From the NCBI GenBank assembly GCA_964447385.1, contig CAYUSV010000003.1:1-48237 (forward strand): a DNA stretch of 48,237 nt, written 5' to 3'. This document shows, piece after piece, positions 41,516 to 48,237 of the stretch (position 1 is the first letter of the stretch; each line of letters starts with the position of its first letter). Source of the stretch: an uncultured Campylobacterales bacterium. Its GTDB lineage: Bacteria > Campylobacterota > Campylobacteria > Campylobacterales > QNZT01. The position numbers and the translations under genes are program-made. Below the pieces are notes generated by a model that made no database searches, was not told the DNA's origin, and saw only the letters and a list, made by a program, of their open reading frames with translations.

Positions 41516-42658
41516 ATGTTAGGAAGTGAACTAAATTTAGTTGATGGATTATTGATATTATTGTTAACGATGCTTTTTGTCAGTTTGGTGATTAAGTTTT
41601 CTGCGAAGATTGGAATGCTTGATATCCCCAATGATCGAAGTTCTCATGTTGCACCAACACCAAGAGGTGCTGGTGTAGCAATGTATCTGGCATACACAAT
41701 AGTCTTACTTCTGTTTCATCCTAATTTTATGTTTGAGTATTTAGGTTTTTTTCTCGCTCTGTTCTTAATTTTTGCTGTTGGTGTTTATGATGATAATAGA
41801 GGTGTTTCACCTAAGTTGAAGTTTATTACTATTATTGTTGCTTCATTGTTGCTATTTTTTATAAATGATTTTCAAATTGGTACTTTGGGAACTTGGTTTG
41901 GCTATGAGATTGGATTGCCTTGGTTGATTGCTCTTCCTATTACTATCTTTGCATTAGTTGGTTTTACTAACGCATTAAATCTTTTAGATGGTTTAGATGG
42001 TTTAGCCGGATCAGTTTCACTTGTTATATTTGTGTCATTTGCTTATATAGGATATATTTACGGTGATAGCTTTATAGCTACTGTGTCACTAATCATGGTT
42101 TTTTCATTGGTTGGTTTTCTATTTTTTAATTGGAATCCAGCGTCGATTTTTATGGGTGATAGTGGCTCTTTAGTACTTGGTTTTAGTATTGCAGCTGTTG
42201 CTGTTAAAGCTGTTGATCATATTAGTGTAACGGCTGTATTGCTGCTTACTGCTCTACCTATTATTGATACTTTAGTGGTTATGACGAGGCGGATGCAAAG
42301 AGGTTTGTCTCCGTTTAATCCCGATAAAACGCATATACACCACAAGATGCTCACATGGAGAGGTAGTGTTGATTATTCAGTGTTGATTTTGATAACTATA
42401 CAAATTGTGTTCTCTTTTATCGGACTTTTGTTTAGAGAACAGGGTGATGAAAATATAGTTTTTTTACTTTTTCTTATGATTTATCTCTTTTTTAACTTTT
42501 TAGATGAGAGAAAATTGGTGCGAGATAGACTGTTTATTACTAAAATGAAAAAAAGAGCATCGTTGATAATAAAAGAGGATATTACACATAGAGTTGCTGT
42601 AGTTGTTTTAGCTGTAGTGATTTTTATTTTGTTTGTTACAAATATTGTTGTTTTGTAG
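41516..42658 (+). CDS. wecA: Undecaprenyl-phosphate GlcNAc-1-phosphate transferase (WecA/TagO, MraY superfamily)
   Basis: D.P..RSSH..PTPRG.G, YDD, NALNLLDGLDGL, NWNPASIFMGDSG, D..HIHH. Confidence 0.87.
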   Translation: MLGSELNLVDGLLILLLTMLFVSLVIKFSAKIGMLDIPNDRSSHVAPTPRGAGVAMYLAYTIVLLLFHPNFMFEYLGFFLALFLIFAVGVYDDNRGVSPKLKFITIIVASLLLFFINDFQIGTLGTWFGYEIGLPWLIALPITIFALVGFTNALNLLDGLDGLAGSVSLVIFVSFAYIGYIYGDSFIATVSLIMVFSLVGFLFFNWNPASIFMGDSGSLVLGFSIAAVAVKAVDHISVTAVLLLTALPIIDTLVVMTRRMQRGLSPFNPDKTHIHHKMLTWRGSVDYSVLILITIQIVFSFIGLLFREQGDENIVFLLFLMIYLFFNFLDERKLVRDRLFITKMKKRASLIIKEDITHRVAVVVLAVVIFILFVTNIVVL

Positions 42659-42673
42659 CTTTTACTAAGTTTT

Positions 42674-42682
42674 TGTTATACT
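42674..42682 (+). promoter_or_regulatory. Extended -10 promoter (TGnTATACT) for the hisZ-purA unit
   Basis: TGTTATACT 37 nt upstream of ATG 42720. Confidence 0.5.
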
Positions 42683-42719
42683 AAAATCAAATGAGTGAAA
42701 ATCCACATTGGAATTATAT

Positions 42720-43562
42720 ATGATTTATGAACATGAGATACCAAGCCAAAGCCGACTCTATTTTGGCAAAAGTGCAAAATTAAAACGAACTATTGAGATG
42801 AAGGCTAGTGATATATTCTATCATGAGGCGTATGAAGAGATTGTGACACCTCTTTTTTCGTATCATCAGCACTCAAGTATTTGTGAAAAAGAGTTGGTTA
42901 GGTTTTCTGATGAGAAAAATTATATAGTCTCTCTTCGCGCAGATAGTACGCTTGATGTTGTTCGTATCATCACAAAAAGATTAGGACGAAGCGTTGCTCA
43001 AAAAAAGTGGTTTTATATACAGCCTATTTATAAATTTCCAAGTGTTGAGTCATATCAAATCGGGGCAGAACAGATTGAAAATGATGATTTATCGTTGAGT
43101 ATAAAAACAAGTGCAAAGATTTTAAATGCACTAGAGTTAAAACCATTGTTACAGATATCAAACATAAATATACCCCGTATTATAGCTAGTGAGCTTAATT
43201 TATCTATAGATATATTTAAAAATGCAAATTTAGAGGAGATTTTAAATCTTGATCTTTTGTGGCTTAGTAAATTGGCATATCTTCAAAAAGTATCACAGAT
43301 TGATGAACTTATAGATGAGATACCAACCTTTTTAAAACCTGAACTTGTAAAGATAAAACTTCTTTGTGAGTCAATAGATTATGAAGATATTGTGATTGCA
43401 CCACTTTATTATGCAAAAATGAACTATTATGATAATCTATTTTTTAGATATATTCATAAAAATGAGACACTTGGAATGGGTGGAAATTATAATCACAAAG
43501 ATTTAAATGCAACTGGGTTTGCACTATATACTGATAAAATAATAGAGGAAATGAGTAATTAA
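42720..43562 (+). CDS. hisZ: ATP phosphoribosyltransferase regulatory subunit
   Basis: HisRS-like fragments EEIVTP, LRADST, QIGAE, YY..L.F, GG.Y; directly upstream of purA. Confidence 0.85.
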   Translation: MIYEHEIPSQSRLYFGKSAKLKRTIEMKASDIFYHEAYEEIVTPLFSYHQHSSICEKELVRFSDEKNYIVSLRADSTLDVVRIITKRLGRSVAQKKWFYIQPIYKFPSVESYQIGAEQIENDDLSLSIKTSAKILNALELKPLLQISNINIPRIIASELNLSIDIFKNANLEEILNLDLLWLSKLAYLQKVSQIDELIDEIPTFLKPELVKIKLLCESIDYEDIVIAPLYYAKMNYYDNLFFRYIHKNETLGMGGNYNHKDLNATGFALYTDKIIEEMSN

Positions 43563-45237
<1,675 letters not shown>

Positions 45238-45241
<4 letters not shown>

Positions 45242-45777
45242 GAGTTTTTTTATCAATATTTCTATTTTTATCTATTGTTGAAGCTAAAGCACCTTTAGTG
45301 GATTGCAACCAAATTTTTGAACAACGAAAAGATGAAATTTTGCGAGAAATGGAACGAATCGATGAGAGACAACAAGATTTTGAAGCTTATCAAGAGGCAT
45401 CAAAATCGTTAATGGAGCAAAAAGAGAAAAAATTAACTCTTAAAATTGCAGAGCTTAATGCAACATTGACAAAGGTAGAAAATACAAAAAAAGAGATTTT
45501 AAAACTTTATAATGAAAACAGAGAGATTTTAGATAACATCAAAAAAGCAAAAGATGATAAGATTAGCAGTACCTACCTAAAGATGAAAGATAAAAAAGCG
45601 GCTACTATTTTGGATAATATGCCAAGAACAGATGCTGCAAAAATTCTTTTTAATCTTACACCAAAAAAGATCTCAAAAATCATGGCAAAGATGGATCCTC
45701 TCATCGCTTCAGAAGTAACACTACTTTTAAAAGCAGGACCGCCGTTTGATAAAAATATCACTGAGCCTGATTTTTAG
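45238..45777 (+). CDS. MotE/FlbB-like periplasmic protein (MgtE_N-like C-terminus)
   Basis: Signal peptide, DC.QIFE.RK coiled coil, Y.KMK.KKAA.IL..M...DAAKIL..L.PKKISKIMAKMDP. Confidence 0.75.
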
Positions 45778-45843
45778 AAATAGTCTAATTCACTATTTAC
45801 CAAAAATTTGCTAATATAATACAAATTTCAACAAGGCTCCTAC

Positions 45844-46395
45844 ATGAAGATTCCAGTACCACATGCACCGTACATTGCAAATAAGATTTCGATAGATTTG
45901 TTAAACTCTGGATATGCAACATTTGCTAAAGGTGTTGAGCCTATAAAAGAGTGTGCACAAAAGATATTAGAAGAGGATTTAAAGAGAGAGAGATCGTTAG
46001 AGCAGAGAGTCGAAGAGATTCTTGAAGAGAATGATGATGAGATAGAGTTTATGCAAGTTGATCGAAGAAGTATGTTTTGGATGATCAAAAAGAAAATTGC
46101 TAAAGAGTATGGTGTGATACTCTCTTATGAAGATCGCTTTAGCAATGTTGCACATCTGATCTTAAATAAGCTTTGGGAAGAGGGGCTTATGGATTATAGT
46201 GTGACTGAAAATTTGATGAAAAATGTTATTTATAGCTCTATTGAAGATTATATTCAAGGGTTTGAGGCGATTGAACAGATAGTAATTGATAAAATTGATA
46301 AAATGAAAAGAAGGTTGATCCCTGGTACTGATGAATATAGTACGGTTTTTGAGAGATTGTATCGTGAAGAGTTGCAAAGAAGAGGGATGTTTTGA
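45844..46395 (+). CDS. DUF507 family protein
   Basis: HAPYIANKI.IDL, FWMIKKK.A, LIPGTDEY..VFE.LY.EEL; upstream of carA. Confidence 0.8.
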   Translation: MKIPVPHAPYIANKISIDLLNSGYATFAKGVEPIKECAQKILEEDLKRERSLEQRVEEILEENDDEIEFMQVDRRSMFWMIKKKIAKEYGVILSYEDRFSNVAHLILNKLWEEGLMDYSVTENLMKNVIYSSIEDYIQGFEAIEQIVIDKIDKMKRRLIPGTDEYSTVFERLYREELQRRGMF

Positions 46396-47528
46396 TGGCT
46401 AATTTGACTCAAAGTATTTGGATATATTTAGAAAATGGTATATATTTAGAAGCAAAAAGTTTTGGAGCCAGTGGTACTAGAGTAGGGGAGATTGTGTTTA
46501 ACACATCAATGACTGGTTATCAAGAAATCATGAGTGATCCAAGCTATGCGGGTCAGTTTGTTGTTTTTACGATGCCTGAAATTGGAAATGTTGGATGCAA
46601 TGATGATGATATGGAGAGCAATACGGTTTTTTCAAGTGGCATGATAGTTCGCTCATATCAGGATCGTTATTCAAATTTTAGAGCTAAGAGTAGCTTATCT
46701 CAGTTTTTAAATGAGTCTGATGCGTTAGGTATATGTGATATAGATACGCGATATCTAACAAAGATAATAAGAGATAATGGTCCTCAAATGATGATAGCAT
46801 CAACTGAAATTAGCGATAAAGAGAAGCTCAAAACAAAACTTGCAAATAGTAAGAGAATTGAAGAGATAAACTATATCAAAGAAGTTAGCACAAAAGAGAC
46901 ATATATACATGAAGATGGCACATGGGATAGTGAAAACCAACAATACGCAAAGCCGTTAACGCTAGGTAAAAAGATAGTCGTTTTAGACTATGGTGTAAAA
47001 AGAAATATCTTAAATGAATTGAGACAAACAGGTCTTAGTGTCGAAGTCGTACCAAATAATACACCTGCTTTGGATTTGATAGATAGATATAAAAACAGAG
47101 AGATACATGGAGTGTTTTTATCAAATGGTCCAGGAGACCCTAAGGTGCTAAAAGATGAGATAAAAGAGATTAAAAAATTAATTGATGCTAAAATACCAAT
47201 GTTCGCAATTTGTTTAGGACATCAACTACTCTCAATCGCACACGGACACAACACATATAAACTAAAATTTGGACAACACGGAGGTAACCATCCTGTGCAA
47301 AACCAAGATAATAAGGTTGTTGAGATTACAGCCCAAAACCATAACTACAATGTTCCAGACTCTATTTGTGATATAGCAAAGATAACACATGTCAATCTTT
47401 TTGATAACACTATAGAGGGTGTTAGCTACAATGACTCACCAATATTTTCAGTCCAACATCATCCAGAAGCCAGTCCCGGTCCTCACGATAGCAAGTATAT
47501 TTTTGCAGAGTTTGCAAAAAGAGTTTGA
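46395..47528 (+). CDS. carA: Carbamoyl-phosphate synthase small subunit
   Basis: GEIVFNTSMTGYQE, LSNGPGDP, ICLGHQ, TAQNH, VQHHPEASPGPHD; TGATG overlap with the upstream gene (TTG 46392 alternative). Confidence 0.98.
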   Translation: MANLTQSIWIYLENGIYLEAKSFGASGTRVGEIVFNTSMTGYQEIMSDPSYAGQFVVFTMPEIGNVGCNDDDMESNTVFSSGMIVRSYQDRYSNFRAKSSLSQFLNESDALGICDIDTRYLTKIIRDNGPQMMIASTEISDKEKLKTKLANSKRIEEINYIKEVSTKETYIHEDGTWDSENQQYAKPLTLGKKIVVLDYGVKRNILNELRQTGLSVEVVPNNTPALDLIDRYKNREIHGVFLSNGPGDPKVLKDEIKEIKKLIDAKIPMFAICLGHQLLSIAHGHNTYKLKFGQHGGNHPVQNQDNKVVEITAQNHNYNVPDSICDIAKITHVNLFDNTIEGVSYNDSPIFSVQHHPEASPGPHDSKYIFAEFAKRV

Positions 47529-47702
47529 TACTGACAGCTTGGGTTGGCGGAAAAGGCATATATTCATTTTATGGGAAGTGGGTTTTTGCTGATAAGAGAA
47601 TGACAGTCAGAGTACACATAATGAGAGTTGCAAGGTGCCGAGAGTTTTGCGAAGTGAAGGTTTAAATTATAATTTTAATATAAATTGTAATTAGGATACA
47701 AT

Positions 47703-48237
47703 ATGAAAAAAAATAAATTAAAGTATAGCTACCTTTTGGTAGCTATATTAATCCTAATAGGGTGTGATAACAAAAAAGTATTTGTTGAGCATGAGATATC
47801 AAAAAATGGCTCTATCAGTTTAGAAAATATAGTTGAAATTCATAGCAAATATTTTCAATATGATATACTTTCAGGTGTTGGATTTAGAAAATTTTTAATA
47901 TCTCGATATAATTATACAGGTGAACTTACGCAAGAAGCTTTAGAAAAAGCATATAGATTATCATTTTATGTTAATTTTGATGGGAATCGTAAAAGTATTT
48001 ATAGTGGTGTTGAAGAAGGTAGTATCTCTGGTGTCGTTTTGTTACCTTGTGACTCAGTACTAGAGTATGATGATTATGGAAAATATCCTGCAAACACATA
48101 TGTACAACATATCGAATACCCTATTGTCAAAGAATACACATACGGTGCATATTTTAAAATTGAAGACTTAGAGGAGCTTGGCTATATAGCAAAAGATCAA
48201 AGTCAACAAAAAGATCTGTGTCTTTTTGAAAAAGCAC
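47703..48237 (+). CDS. Hypothetical lipoprotein, truncated by the window end
   Basis: Manual translation MKKNKLKYSYLLVAILILIG-CDNKK... stays open for 178 codons to the window edge; lipobox LIG-C; AGGA SD; TATAAT at 47668-47673. Confidence 0.75.
   Translation, partial: MKKNKLKYSYLLVAILILIGCDNKKVFVEHEISKNGSISLENIVEIHSKYFQYDILSGVGFRKFLISRYNYTGELTQEALEKAYRLSFYVNFDGNRKSIYSGVEEGSISGVVLLPCDSVLEYDDYGKYPANTYVQHIEYPIVKEYTYGAYFKIEDLEELGYIAKDQSQQKDLCLFEKA

Noticed and set aside
47540-47615. c-di-GMP-I or Moco riboswitch (ATGACAGTCAG and GGGTTGGCGGAAA fragments)
   Set aside because: The other required conserved elements (GCAAA junction, CUAA receptor, matching stems) are missing

Overview
AT-rich bacterial chromosomal window, most consistent with a free-living Campylobacterota (epsilonproteobacterial) genome. 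This is inferred from short L3/L24, no rpmD between rpsE and rplO, and the gene orders nifU-like/TPR/murE, panD-ybaB-ispA-tkt and hisZ-purA-fliJ-motE-like-DUF507-carA. Left to right it holds: a PotDABC-type ABC importer; a Cys-rich two-PKD lipoprotein behind a sigma54-type promoter; a MsrB-MsrA fusion; a minus-strand three-gene operon (BON+OmpA protein plus two single-TM coiled-coil proteins, ArfABC-like); pssA; the S10-spc-alpha ribosomal cluster (including rpmJ, missed by the ORF track); housekeeping genes; a ~13 kb Wza/Wzc/Wzy-type polysaccharide locus between tkt and hisZ; and a truncated orphan lipoprotein. The most interesting observations are (1) the ArfABC-like trans-envelope operon with long coiled coils, (2) ribosomal protein L22 fused to a C-terminal helix-hairpin-helix domain, (3) candidate structured leaders before rpmJ and rplF, and (4) the sigma54-driven PKD lipoprotein. 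No rRNA, tRNA, CRISPR array or transposase was seen. All family calls come from motif recognition by eye, not database searches.
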